From: Elainellaceae cyanobacterium
Lineage (GTDB): Bacteria; Cyanobacteriota; Cyanobacteriia; CAZCXK01
Reading direction: 5' to 3'
NCBI GenBank assembly: GCA_051117335.1
Contig: JBNPEB010000040.1
Span: 55,358 to 119,357, forward strand
Length of the DNA stretch: 64,000 nucleotides
Of the stretch, positions 9,490 to 18,880 are shown one piece after another (within the stretch, counting starts at the first letter, position 1; the number at the start of each line of letters is the position of its first letter). The position numbers and the translations under genes are program-made. The notes beneath the pieces were generated by a model that was not told the DNA's origin, ran no database searches, and saw nothing but the letters and a program-made list of their open reading frames with translations.

Positions 9490-10773
9490 ATGAAACCCTC
9501 AACCCTTCCAACCTATCAATCCATTGAAAACCGCATTTCTTTCCAGCAAGTATTCGCAAATCCTGGGTTTAATGGCCACAATGCAGGAATGTCGTCACGA
9601 TTTTTGCCTGTGATCGAAAGCATTGCAACCGAGACCCCTGAATACACAATTCAGCAATCAGATGCAGCTCAGGTCGTCGCTAATCTTTCCAATCTGGAAC
9701 ATAATCGACATCGAATTGAGAAACTATACCGAAATACTCAAATTGACACTCGTCACCTAGCTATCAATCTGTTGTCTGATGAGGCGATCGCCTTTAGTAA
9801 ATCCACAGGTAATATCGAATCTCGAATGCAACGATATCAGAAGTATGCAGTTCCCTTAGCTGAGCGGGTTGCTCAGCAAGCGATCGAGTCAGCATCAGTG
9901 CAGATGAAGACTCATGAATGTGGTGAGCCAGATTCCGATATCAAGGATTCAATTCATCAAATTGTGTTTGTGTCGAGCACAGGTTTCGTTGCACCTGGAG
10001 TAGATGTCGCATTGATTGAAAAACTGGGACTTCGGCGGGACATTGCGCGAGTAACAGTTAACTTTATGGGCTGTGCTGCTGCTATGAATGGGCTGCGCGT
10101 GGCATGCGATCATGTTCGAGCCTATCCTACTCATAAAGTGCTCCTAGTTTGCCTAGAACTGAGTTCAGTAAATGCAGCATTTGAAGATAATCTAAATGAT
10201 GTCATTATCCACAGTATTTTTGGAGATGGATGTGCCGCAGTAGTGGTTGGTGCTCGTGAAGGTGCTGATGCGATGGGAGGAGGCAATATCGTCATTCATG
10301 ATCATCTGAGCTATCTAGTTGAAGATACCCAAGATGGTATCACGCTCGGTGTTCGAGATAACGGCATCACCTGTGAGCTTTCTCGCCAGTTGCCTGACTA
10401 CATTGAAGTCGGGGTTGGTCCAATCATTGAACGCTATTTGATGAGTCACCAGTTGAAGAAAGATGACATCAACTTATGGGCAGTTCATCCGGGAGGCACT
10501 CGGATTATTCAGAAGGTTCAACAATCCCTCGGACTATCAGATGACCAAGTGTGTGATAGCTGGTCAATTCTTCGGCAGTACGGCAATATGCTCAGTCCTT
10601 CAGTTCTATTTGTGATAGAACGAATGCTGCAACGCCTCAGACAAAATCCGTGTAGTTCTCAACGGAGTTCTCAAAAGCTATCTTCCTCTCCACAGGTGAA
10701 AGCACTGACTGGTCTTGCGTTTTCGTTTTCTCCGGGTGTCGGAATAGAAGGCATCCTCTTTCAAGTCATTTAG
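9490..10773 (+). CDS. Type III polyketide synthase (chalcone/stilbene synthase family)
   Basis: Catalytic triad contexts are present: Cys in NFMGCAAAMNGLRVA, His in LWAVHPGGTRII, Asn in YGNMLSPSVLF. The 427-aa size is slightly long because of a C-terminal tail. Confidence 0.85.
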   Translation: MKPSTLPTYQSIENRISFQQVFANPGFNGHNAGMSSRFLPVIESIATETPEYTIQQSDAAQVVANLSNLEHNRHRIEKLYRNTQIDTRHLAINLLSDEAIAFSKSTGNIESRMQRYQKYAVPLAERVAQQAIESASVQMKTHECGEPDSDIKDSIHQIVFVSSTGFVAPGVDVALIEKLGLRRDIARVTVNFMGCAAAMNGLRVACDHVRAYPTHKVLLVCLELSSVNAAFEDNLNDVIIHSIFGDGCAAVVVGAREGADAMGGGNIVIHDHLSYLVEDTQDGITLGVRDNGITCELSRQLPDYIEVGVGPIIERYLMSHQLKKDDINLWAVHPGGTRIIQKVQQSLGLSDDQVCDSWSILRQYGNMLSPSVLFVIERMLQRLRQNPCSSQRSSQKLSSSPQVKALTGLAFSFSPGVGIEGILFQVI

Positions 10774-10806
10774 GCAACTCTTCTTTGATAGAAAGGATCA
10801 ATCAAA

Positions 10807-12486
10807 ATGAAATTCATCCGATTCCTTCTCAGAACTTCATGGCTCAATATTCTGCTAGCAACGATTGCGGGATTAGCCAGTGGAGGATGTAATGCAAAGC
10901 TTATTGCACTAGTCAATCAGGCAGTTACCCAAGCATCTATTCGTCAATCGCTTCTATGGTTCTTTGCTCTAGTGATGTTCACATTGATTACGAGCACTCT
11001 TTCCCAATTTATGCTGATTCATCTCTCGCAAAATGCGATCTATCGACTCCGACTCAAATTAAGTGAAAATATTTTGTTCTCGCCACTGCAACATTTGGAA
11101 AGACTTGGAGGAAACCGACTGCTTGCTACCTTAACCGATGATGTCCGAGTCTTATCTCACGCAGTTTCTGTCATTCCTAATATCTGCATCGATCTAGCCA
11201 CTATTATAGGATGCTTGGTTTATCTAGCCTGGCTTTCCAATAGTGTGTTTGTCGTGATCCTATCGATCACATTTGCCGCAATTTGGTGTATTTACATAAC
11301 CTTGTACAAAGCCCAGCATTTGTTTATTGTTGCCCGTGAAGAAGAAGATCAACTATTCAAACATTTTCAGGCTATTACAACTGGAACTAAGGAATTAAAA
11401 CTGCACCAGCCGCGACGAAATGATTTCCTGGCTCATGATTTACAAGGAAGCGCAAGTAAAATGCGCCAAAAAAATATTGGTGCGATGAGAATTTTTGCAC
11501 TAGCAGATAGTTTAGGGCAGTTCTTGCTGTTTACCATCTTAGGGTTTACCCTCTTCATTTTGCCAAGATACATCGATATGTCAATTGCAATGTTGTCAAC
11601 TTACGCATTGACCACCACATATCTCGCAATTCCATTTCAAAATCTTCTACATCGACTTCCTGATTTATTGCGAGGTAATGTTGCGCTTCGGAAAATTGAG
11701 CGCATGCAACTAGCACTGATCAATGATCCTGAACTGGCACCCCTAGTTCCTCATGTCGTTAGCAATCATTGCCAACTTGATCTGGAACAGGTGAGCTATC
11801 TCTATCATCCAGATGGAGACGAACATAGATTTTGTTTAGGACCTATTAGCTTGTCGTTGCAGCCAGGACAAATCACTTATATTGTCGGTGGTAACGGTAG
11901 CGGTAAATCAACCCTTGCGAAGTTAATCACAGGATTATATTTGCCTGATACAGGAACTATTTGTCTTAACGGAAATTCCATTACTGATCAGAATCAAGAA
12001 TGGTATCGCCAACATTTCTCCGCGATTTTTTCTGATTTCCATCTATTCGAACGCTGCCTTGGATTCTATCACGACAGTCTTGACCAAGACGCTGCACATT
12101 ACCTCAAGCAGCTTCACTTGGACCACAAAGTTCAGATAAAAGGAGGTGTGCTCTCGACAACTAAACTCTCCCTCGGACAACAAAAGCGGCTCGCATTATT
12201 AACTGCTTACCTCGAAGATCGTCCAATCTATTTATTTGATGAGTGGGCATCGGATCAAGATCCCTATTTTCGAGACCTGTTTTACCGCGAAATTTTGATC
12301 AAACTCAAGGAATCTGGAAAAACAGTCATTGTCATCACCCATGACGATCGCTATTTTCACCTCGCCGATCAAATCATCAAGCTAGACTACGGCAAAATTC
12401 AACATCAGGATGCTCCATCATCTATACATGGGCAAGATTCAAATCATGACGCCTTATGCATACCAAAAGCATCCAAGCCTCGGTGA
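10807..12486 (+). CDS. ABC exporter, fused permease-ATPase (SyrD/cyclic-peptide transporter type)
   Basis: N-terminal 6-TM domain. Walker A GGNGSGKSTLAKLI, ABC signature LSLGQQKRLALL, Walker B IYLFDEWASDQD. Immediately downstream of the type III PKS on the same strand. Confidence 0.8.
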   Translation: MKFIRFLLRTSWLNILLATIAGLASGGCNAKLIALVNQAVTQASIRQSLLWFFALVMFTLITSTLSQFMLIHLSQNAIYRLRLKLSENILFSPLQHLERLGGNRLLATLTDDVRVLSHAVSVIPNICIDLATIIGCLVYLAWLSNSVFVVILSITFAAIWCIYITLYKAQHLFIVAREEEDQLFKHFQAITTGTKELKLHQPRRNDFLAHDLQGSASKMRQKNIGAMRIFALADSLGQFLLFTILGFTLFILPRYIDMSIAMLSTYALTTTYLAIPFQNLLHRLPDLLRGNVALRKIERMQLALINDPELAPLVPHVVSNHCQLDLEQVSYLYHPDGDEHRFCLGPISLSLQPGQITYIVGGNGSGKSTLAKLITGLYLPDTGTICLNGNSITDQNQEWYRQHFSAIFSDFHLFERCLGFYHDSLDQDAAHYLKQLHLDHKVQIKGGVLSTTKLSLGQQKRLALLTAYLEDRPIYLFDEWASDQDPYFRDLFYREILIKLKESGKTVIVITHDDRYFHLADQIIKLDYGKIQHQDAPSSIHGQDSNHDALCIPKASKPR

Positions 12487-12594
12487 TCAGAGAACGATAT
12501 ACTTGCAAAGACAAGGGGCTTGCCTCTTATTTTGAATTTAGAGTCTTGGATTCAATCAATGTGCTTCCTTCTCAGGGCAATCGCCCTTGATGGG

Positions 12595-13023
12595 TCACTC
12601 CGAACATTCGTGACTGATAATCAGTTCACCCGTGGGTAGTTGATAAACGCCCTGCGCTTCGATAATCGGCTCTCGAGGTTGCCAGGAGTCGTCATGTGTA
12701 GATGAATCATCATCTGGTATCGTCTGTACATCTCCAGTTGGGAAATTCGATGTGGATGCCTCTCCAGGACGATTCGGCAACCCTCCAGACTCTGTGATGA
12801 TGAATGAGTCGTCGGTATCTCCACCACGGGCAATGCAGCTATTAGCAATTAGGGATTCGGTGTCTACTAGATTTTCGGGCAGTTCAGTCAGGCTATTTTG
12901 AATGAAGCTAATATCAGGTAATCTCAGATCTTGCACCAAGCTCAACCGCAAACCCGTTCTACTTGTGATAAACATCAACCGCTCCAAATGCCTGTTGTAA
13001 CTGATAGGAGGGCGATCGCTCAA
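12595..13023 (-). pseudogene. Orphan C-terminal fragment of a TpsA/filamentous-hemagglutinin-like gene
   Basis: The 142-aa ORF aligns with the C-terminus of the 914-aa TpsA (FIQNSL...DTE.L..NSC.AR...F..T.SGGLP.RPG...TGDVQ...QGVYQLP.G.LI.S..CS). It has no TPS domain or signal peptide. Confidence 0.6.
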
Positions 13024-13074
13024 TTCATTAATTCCTCTCCTGCAATAGCAAGAGTTTCAACATACAGTTGATTG

Positions 13075-13389
13075 CTAATCCGAAAATTTGCCGCACTGAG
13101 TAGCTGATCGAGAACTGGGCGAACCGAAGGAATCAACAGTTAGTACTTGGGATAAGTCACTCACTGATCGCACATCCAGGCAATCAACTGCCATCACCGT
13201 TCGAGTGATTGGGTGGTCTTCGCCATTTGCCAGTAGCTCTTGGTACACCGCATCTGGAATCACGATTGATCTAAATACTTGAGGAAGCAAGTGCGATCGC
13301 GCCATGATAGTAGAGGCAATAGTCCTTTGGGACTGGTCTTTGACCATGGCACTGATGAAACAGTCTGTTTCTTTGAAACCTTGAAACAC
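13075..13389 (-). CDS. DUF3368 (PIN-like) family protein, probably degenerate
   Basis: Contains the hallmark DUF3368 motif HLLPQVFRSIVIPDAVYQELL. The N- and C-terminal parts do not match the family well, suggesting decay. No UPF0175 partner gene is present. Confidence 0.35.
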   Translation of the reverse strand: MFQGFKETDCFISAMVKDQSQRTIASTIMARSHLLPQVFRSIVIPDAVYQELLANGEDHPITRTVMAVDCLDVRSVSDLSQVLTVDSFGSPSSRSATQCGKFSD

Positions 13390-13402
13390 ACATTATGAGA
13401 GA

Positions 13403-16400
13403 TTATGAGAGAGGTACGATCGCTGTTTTTTGCGATTCTGCTGCAGGGGTAGATGGCGGACGTCGGATAATATCGTGTAGCAATCCCATCACTGCTGGAA
13501 CGACCGTAGGAGTTAGAATCGTTGAAAGCGTTAATCCGCCAGCCAGCACAATTCCCAATCCTTGATAGAGTTCGGCTCCTTTCCCAGGAATGATTGCAAG
13601 AGGAAGGATGCCTAAGATGCTGGTTCCGGCTGACATGAAGATGGGACGCAGGCGATCGCGCACAGCATGATATAGAGCAGAATCGAGGTCGAGCCTATCC
13701 TCTTGCTGGAGTTGCAGAGTGCGATCAACTAGGAGAATGGCATTATTGACCACGACGCCTGTGAGAATGACGAAACCTAATCCGGTAATCATATCGAGCG
13801 GCACGACGATGCCAGGGATCAGATTTGCCACTACTAGACTCAAGACGGCTCCTGTCATTCCCATTGGTACTGTCACCATAATGACCAAAGGATATATAAA
13901 CGAGCGATATAACGCTACGAGTAGCAGATAGGTAATCACGAGAGACAGAAGGAAGGCTGTTCCTAGTTGTAGCAAGGTTTCAGCAAGTACATCTGCTGAC
14001 CCTGCTAGCTCGACTCGATATCCCGTAGGCAAGGAATCTCGAAGCGGTTCGAGAATCTGCTGTTCGGTTTGTTGCAGCAGTGCTCCTAAGGGAGCTTCTC
14101 GGGTAATGCTTACCGTCAGGGTCACCGATCGCTCTAGATCAACATGGTTGATGGCATCAGGACCTGTCGTTTCGACAACCTCTGCTACGTCGGCAAGCTG
14201 GAGCTGAAAGCCGCTGGGGCTAAACAGCGCCAACTGCCGCAGTTGCTCTGGCGATCGCACCGAGGTATCTTGAAGCTCTACTGTCACGTCTAGTTCTCGA
14301 CGCCCATCTACAAACTCAGACACTCGCACGCCACCTAGTGCTGCTTCTACCAAAGTGCCGATCTCCGACTCAGGCAATCCAGCTTCAGCGAGTCGTTCCC
14401 GATTGGGAATCACTTGTAGTTCTGGAGCCCCCATGACAAAGTTTGACCGCACATTTTGCACTCCGTTGAGCGATCGCAACTGGTCGCTAATCTGCTGCTG
14501 GAGCTGATTGAGTTGATCCAAGTCAGCACCAATTACCTGCACTTCAAACTCTTTTCCCGGATCCTGAAAGATGGACACCCGTCGTGGCACAAGAAAGCGA
14601 TAGCCAGGATAGGTATTGCTGACTTCCCGCATTCGATTGACTATACCATCTAGATTTCTGCCAGTCGCCTGATCCAGATCGAGAAACGCTGCGATCGCTC
14701 GCAATCCTGGACGATGCACATAGATCGTTCGGACGACACCAGGTTGAGTGCTGGCAAACTCACGAGGACCTTCAGCAAGGGCGATCGCCTCTGGAATACT
14801 TGTTCCTGGAAACGGTTCTGCTAGCCACAGGATCATATTGCGGTTGCCTTCTGGTAGATAGTCTGCTGCAGGCAATAGTCGTGTGCTGACAGCTATTAGC
14901 ACGATAGGAATTGCCAAAACAACTAATCGCCTACCGCGACGACCTGGCCCCAATGACCAAGTGACGGTTGTTAGCAGTCCCTGTTCTAACCGACCTTGTA
15001 GTAGCCGAAATACACCGGAAGTACGAGCTACCATGCGCTCTAGCCCGTTGCCTTGCTGGTAGACTTGATCCAAAAGCATCTGCTGGGCTTCGGCTTGATT
15101 GAGAAACAGTCCCGACAGCATTGGCACCAGCGTTAGGGCTGCAAACAGTGAAAACAAGACAGATGCTGATAGGGCTATCCCGATATCAAAGAAAAGCTGA
15201 CCCGCTTCTCCTTGCACCAGCACAATGGGTGCAAATACAGCGACAGTCGTTAGAGTTGAAGCCAGCATCGCTCCCCCAACCTCCTGAGCCCCCTCCATGG
15301 CTGCCTGCATAGGAGGTTTTGGCTGCTGCATGTGGGTGAAAATATTTTCCAACACCACGATGGCGTTATCGACTACCATGCCAACCGCAAAGGCAAGCCC
15401 TGCTAGGCTAATCACATTGAGCGATCGCCCTAGTGCAGCAAACACAATAAAAACCGTGATTAAAGTAGTTGGAATGGTGATAGCAATTACCGCAACCGTG
15501 CGCAATGAGCCTAAGAATAGGAGCAACATGAAGGAGGCTAGAATTGCGCCCACGATTAAGTTGCCTTGCACGAAGGAAATAGACTGATTTATGTAGTCAT
15601 TCTCGTCATAGTTGATAGCGAATGTAATCCCTTCTCCTTCTCGGTCAAAGCGGGCTTCGAGTTCAATCAAGGCAGCACGAATACCTTGAGAAATTTCAGG
15701 AACATTACCCCCGACTTGACGAATAATACCGACGGCAACAGCGGGTTCGCCATCACGAATCAATGCCCGGTCTTGAATTTGGCGTCCTACCTGTGCTCGT
15801 GCGACATCTCCCAAGTAGACCGTTCCAGACGCATCTCGTCGCAGGATGAAGGTCTCAAGTTGCTCAACATCATTCGAACGACTGACAGTGCGGACGCGAT
15901 ATTCTCGCCGCCCCAAAACGAGTGGTCCGCCTCGAATGTCGCGATTATTGTTTTGCAGTGCAGTGGCGACATCGCCAATCGTGAGGTTGCGATCGGCAAG
16001 GGCACGCGGGTCTACGACTACCTCTATTTCTCGTCCCCGCCCTCCTGAAACTAAAAACTGACCGACGCCTTCTACTTGCTGGAATCGAGGCACAATCACA
16101 TCATCAACTAAATCGCGATAATGGTTGTCATCGGCAGTAAAACCCTCTTTAGGCACTAGGATGACCCACATCATGGGACTACTACTACTACTACCACTAA
16201 CAATTTCGACATCTGATTCATCGGCTTCAAGAGGCAGCGTCCCTACCTGCTGTAGCTTATTCAGCACGTCTACAAAGCGCTCGTCTACGTCAGTATCCCA
16301 CCTAAATTCAAGGTTGATGGTGCTGACACCCAACTGGCTGGTACTGCTGATTTCTTGAACTCCTTCTACTTCCTGCATCTGTTCCTCAATCGGGCGAGTG

Positions 16401-16588
16401 ACCAAATCTTCGACTTCTGTTGGACTTGCTCCAGGATAAGGAGTTGTAATAGTGATTTCGGGGCGATCGCCACCTGGTTGAAGTTCGAGCGGTAAGCTCA
16501 TTAGTGCCAATGCACCAAACAAAGCCAGCAGGCAAAACAACACTGCAGTTCCGTGTCGCCAACGAACAGCCGTTTGAATGAGGTTCAT
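13403..16588 (-). CDS. RND efflux transporter permease (AcrB/CzcA superfamily)
   Basis: 1061-aa protein with 12 TM helices and two large periplasmic loops. Conserved TM4 region GLAFAVGMVVDNAIVVLENIF. HAE1 versus HME class is not resolved. Confidence 0.85.
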   Translation of the reverse strand: MNLIQTAVRWRHGTAVLFCLLALFGALALMSLPLELQPGGDRPEITITTPYPGASPTEVEDLVTRPIEEQMQEVEGVQEISSTSQLGVSTINLEFRWDTDVDERFVDVLNKLQQVGTLPLEADESDVEIVSGSSSSSPMMWVILVPKEGFTADDNHYRDLVDDVIVPRFQQVEGVGQFLVSGGRGREIEVVVDPRALADRNLTIGDVATALQNNNRDIRGGPLVLGRREYRVRTVSRSNDVEQLETFILRRDASGTVYLGDVARAQVGRQIQDRALIRDGEPAVAVGIIRQVGGNVPEISQGIRAALIELEARFDREGEGITFAINYDENDYINQSISFVQGNLIVGAILASFMLLLFLGSLRTVAVIAITIPTTLITVFIVFAALGRSLNVISLAGLAFAVGMVVDNAIVVLENIFTHMQQPKPPMQAAMEGAQEVGGAMLASTLTTVAVFAPIVLVQGEAGQLFFDIGIALSASVLFSLFAALTLVPMLSGLFLNQAEAQQMLLDQVYQQGNGLERMVARTSGVFRLLQGRLEQGLLTTVTWSLGPGRRGRRLVVLAIPIVLIAVSTRLLPAADYLPEGNRNMILWLAEPFPGTSIPEAIALAEGPREFASTQPGVVRTIYVHRPGLRAIAAFLDLDQATGRNLDGIVNRMREVSNTYPGYRFLVPRRVSIFQDPGKEFEVQVIGADLDQLNQLQQQISDQLRSLNGVQNVRSNFVMGAPELQVIPNRERLAEAGLPESEIGTLVEAALGGVRVSEFVDGRRELDVTVELQDTSVRSPEQLRQLALFSPSGFQLQLADVAEVVETTGPDAINHVDLERSVTLTVSITREAPLGALLQQTEQQILEPLRDSLPTGYRVELAGSADVLAETLLQLGTAFLLSLVITYLLLVALYRSFIYPLVIMVTVPMGMTGAVLSLVVANLIPGIVVPLDMITGLGFVILTGVVVNNAILLVDRTLQLQQEDRLDLDSALYHAVRDRLRPIFMSAGTSILGILPLAIIPGKGAELYQGLGIVLAGGLTLSTILTPTVVPAVMGLLHDIIRRPPSTPAAESQKTAIVPLS

Positions 16589-16622
16589 GAAAGGTTTCCT
16601 CAGCTAATGTTGAATGCCGAAA

Positions 16623-17978
16623 TTAATTCTGAATTTGGATGGTTGCACCATCCTGCAATCCCTCACTGCCAGTGACAACAATGAGCTGCCCATCCCGAAG
16701 TTCAGGGGAGGCGATCGCCACCTGTTCGCCCATATCTGCTACTAGATCAACGGCGATCGCGTCGGCCTGATCGTCAGCGACTGCAAACACCATCCACTGT
16801 TCACTCCGCTGCACGAGCGCATCCCTTGATACAACAAAGCCTGACGCATCAATGGGTTGTTCCATCTGTCCTTGAATCGCCATTCCTGGCAGCAGATTGG
16901 TAGGAGGACTATCAAGCTGCACACGGACGCGCTGTCGTCGAGACGCTTCATCGGCTGTCGGCACAACGCCTGCGATTGTGGCTGTATCTTGCCAATCAGG
17001 AAGCGCTCGCGATGATAGGATGACCGACATACCCGGAGTAACCTGTCCGCTCAATTCTTCGGGTACTTCAAGAAAGATATCTAGTGTGCCGCGAGCGACC
17101 AACGCCATAACCGAATCACCGACTTCCAAATAATCTCCCACATTGGCGATGCGAGACTGCACCACACCCGCTGTAGGAGCCTGAATGCGGGTTCGCTGCA
17201 GCGCCAGTCGAGCTTGATTGACTGCTGCTTGACTGGCAGCCACCATCGCTTGTTGAGCTGCGATTTCTTCCTGTCGCGGACCTTCAACAGCTTCAGCTAA
17301 TGCTGCCGCTGCTTCCAGTCGTTCGGATTGAGCAGCATCAACGGTCGATTTGGCTTCAATGAGCGATCGCTCCGACAATGCTCCTTCTGTGACCAGTGCT
17401 TCAGTCCGTTGTAGGTTGTCGATTGCAGCTTGCTCTCTCGCTTCAGCCGCACTGACAGCAGCTCGACGCTGTTCAATGATTTCAGGCCGCGTCCCTGTTT
17501 GCAGCTCCACTAAGTTACTTTGCTGAGAAGCAAGGCTAGCTTGCGATTGAGACAAGGCAAGCTGTTGGTCGGCATCATCTAGAATGGCGATCGCCATCCC
17601 TGCACTCACAGCATCGCCTGGTTCTACCAAGACTTGCTGAACGACTCCTTCTGTTTGGGCACGAATCGTGGCACTAATTTGTGCTTCCACCTGTCCAATG
17701 AGTTCGACTGTCTGAACACTATCCCCTTGTGTCAGAATGACCGTTTCAACTGGGCGCGGCGGGACTTCTGGCGCTGTAGTTTGAGAAGACGCAACGTTTC
17801 TATCCGGTAAAAGAAAGTGCCAGAGCACCATTCCACCACCACCTACGATCATGCTGGTGACAATCCAGGGCATGAAGCGGCAGAGTTGAGGCGATCGCGA
17901 CGAAGATGGCTGAGAGTCGCTCACCACGGGAGTTGACTCTGAATTTGGCAGATTCATGGATTGATGATCTCCTAACAA
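16623..17978 (-). CDS. RND efflux periplasmic adaptor (membrane fusion protein, HlyD family)
   Basis: N-terminal TM anchor, long coiled-coil region, C-terminal beta-barrel region. Lies 35 bp upstream of the RND permease on the same strand. Confidence 0.8.
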   Translation of the reverse strand: MLGDHQSMNLPNSESTPVVSDSQPSSSRSPQLCRFMPWIVTSMIVGGGGMVLWHFLLPDRNVASSQTTAPEVPPRPVETVILTQGDSVQTVELIGQVEAQISATIRAQTEGVVQQVLVEPGDAVSAGMAIAILDDADQQLALSQSQASLASQQSNLVELQTGTRPEIIEQRRAAVSAAEAREQAAIDNLQRTEALVTEGALSERSLIEAKSTVDAAQSERLEAAAALAEAVEGPRQEEIAAQQAMVAASQAAVNQARLALQRTRIQAPTAGVVQSRIANVGDYLEVGDSVMALVARGTLDIFLEVPEELSGQVTPGMSVILSSRALPDWQDTATIAGVVPTADEASRRQRVRVQLDSPPTNLLPGMAIQGQMEQPIDASGFVVSRDALVQRSEQWMVFAVADDQADAIAVDLVADMGEQVAIASPELRDGQLIVVTGSEGLQDGATIQIQN

Positions 17979-18002
17979 TTCGATTAATGAATAGGCCGAC
18001 TC

Positions 18003-18734
18003 TCATTGAACTAACGCAGGCCGCTTTGAAAAGGCTTCTCGCAGCACGTACCCCACCCCTCGAATGGTATGAATCAAGCGACTTTCTTGATTGGCTTCCA
18101 ACTTCAACCGCAAATAGCGAATATAGACTTCGAGGATATTAGACTCACCCACAAAGTCATAGCCCCAAACCCGTTCCATCAAGCGATCGCGAGACAGAAC
18201 CTGACGAGGATGGGAAATCAAATAAACTAACAGATCAAATTCTTTAGGCGTGAGTTGAATCAGCCGCTTGCCCCGATAGACTTCTCGCGTTTGGATATCA
18301 ATCTTCAAATCCTGAAAGTTTAAAATCTCAGAATTATAGCGATGCGATCGCCGCAAATGTGCTCGTATACGAGCGATCAGTTCTTCTACGCTAATTGGAC
18401 GGGCCAAGTAATCATCTGCACCGGATTCAAAGGCTAGAGTGCAATGAGCAGCGTCTACCTGATCGAGCAAGACAACAGGTAAACTCTCCTGCGTAGAGCG
18501 CAGTCGACGACAGATTTCTAGCCCTGACAGCATCGGCAATGAAACATCTAAAATTGCCAAATGAGGCTGTGTTTCACGAATGGCAACTAAGCTCGATGCC
18601 CCATCCTGCTTTACCGTGACGTGATAGCCTTCATAGCGTAGTTCCGTCGCGATTAATGGTCTTAAAGCAGCATCATTTGACGCTAACAAAACATGAATTG
18701 GCATGGGTCTATTCCCTCTCAGAAACTCAGCCAC
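18003..18734 (-). CDS. OmpR-family response regulator (REC + winged-helix)
   Basis: REC domain with the phospho-acceptor Asp in AILDVSLP. C-terminal trans_reg_C region (LTPKEFDLLVYL...RVWG). The true start may be the internal Met, MPIHVLL. Confidence 0.8.
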   Translation of the reverse strand: MAEFLRGNRPMPIHVLLASNDAALRPLIATELRYEGYHVTVKQDGASSLVAIRETQPHLAILDVSLPMLSGLEICRRLRSTQESLPVVLLDQVDAAHCTLAFESGADDYLARPISVEELIARIRAHLRRSHRYNSEILNFQDLKIDIQTREVYRGKRLIQLTPKEFDLLVYLISHPRQVLSRDRLMERVWGYDFVGESNILEVYIRYLRLKLEANQESRLIHTIRGVGYVLREAFSKRPALVQ

Positions 18735-18880
18735 TGCTATGGTATTAGTCCACTTAAAGGATCTAGTGCTCTAGAAAATAGAGGTTTGTCTTAAGTCTTT
18801 GATGTTCTGAAACTGTTATGAATAGTTTCGCAGAGGAATATCACAGAAATGTGATAGCACTACTAGATGCACAGTATCTG

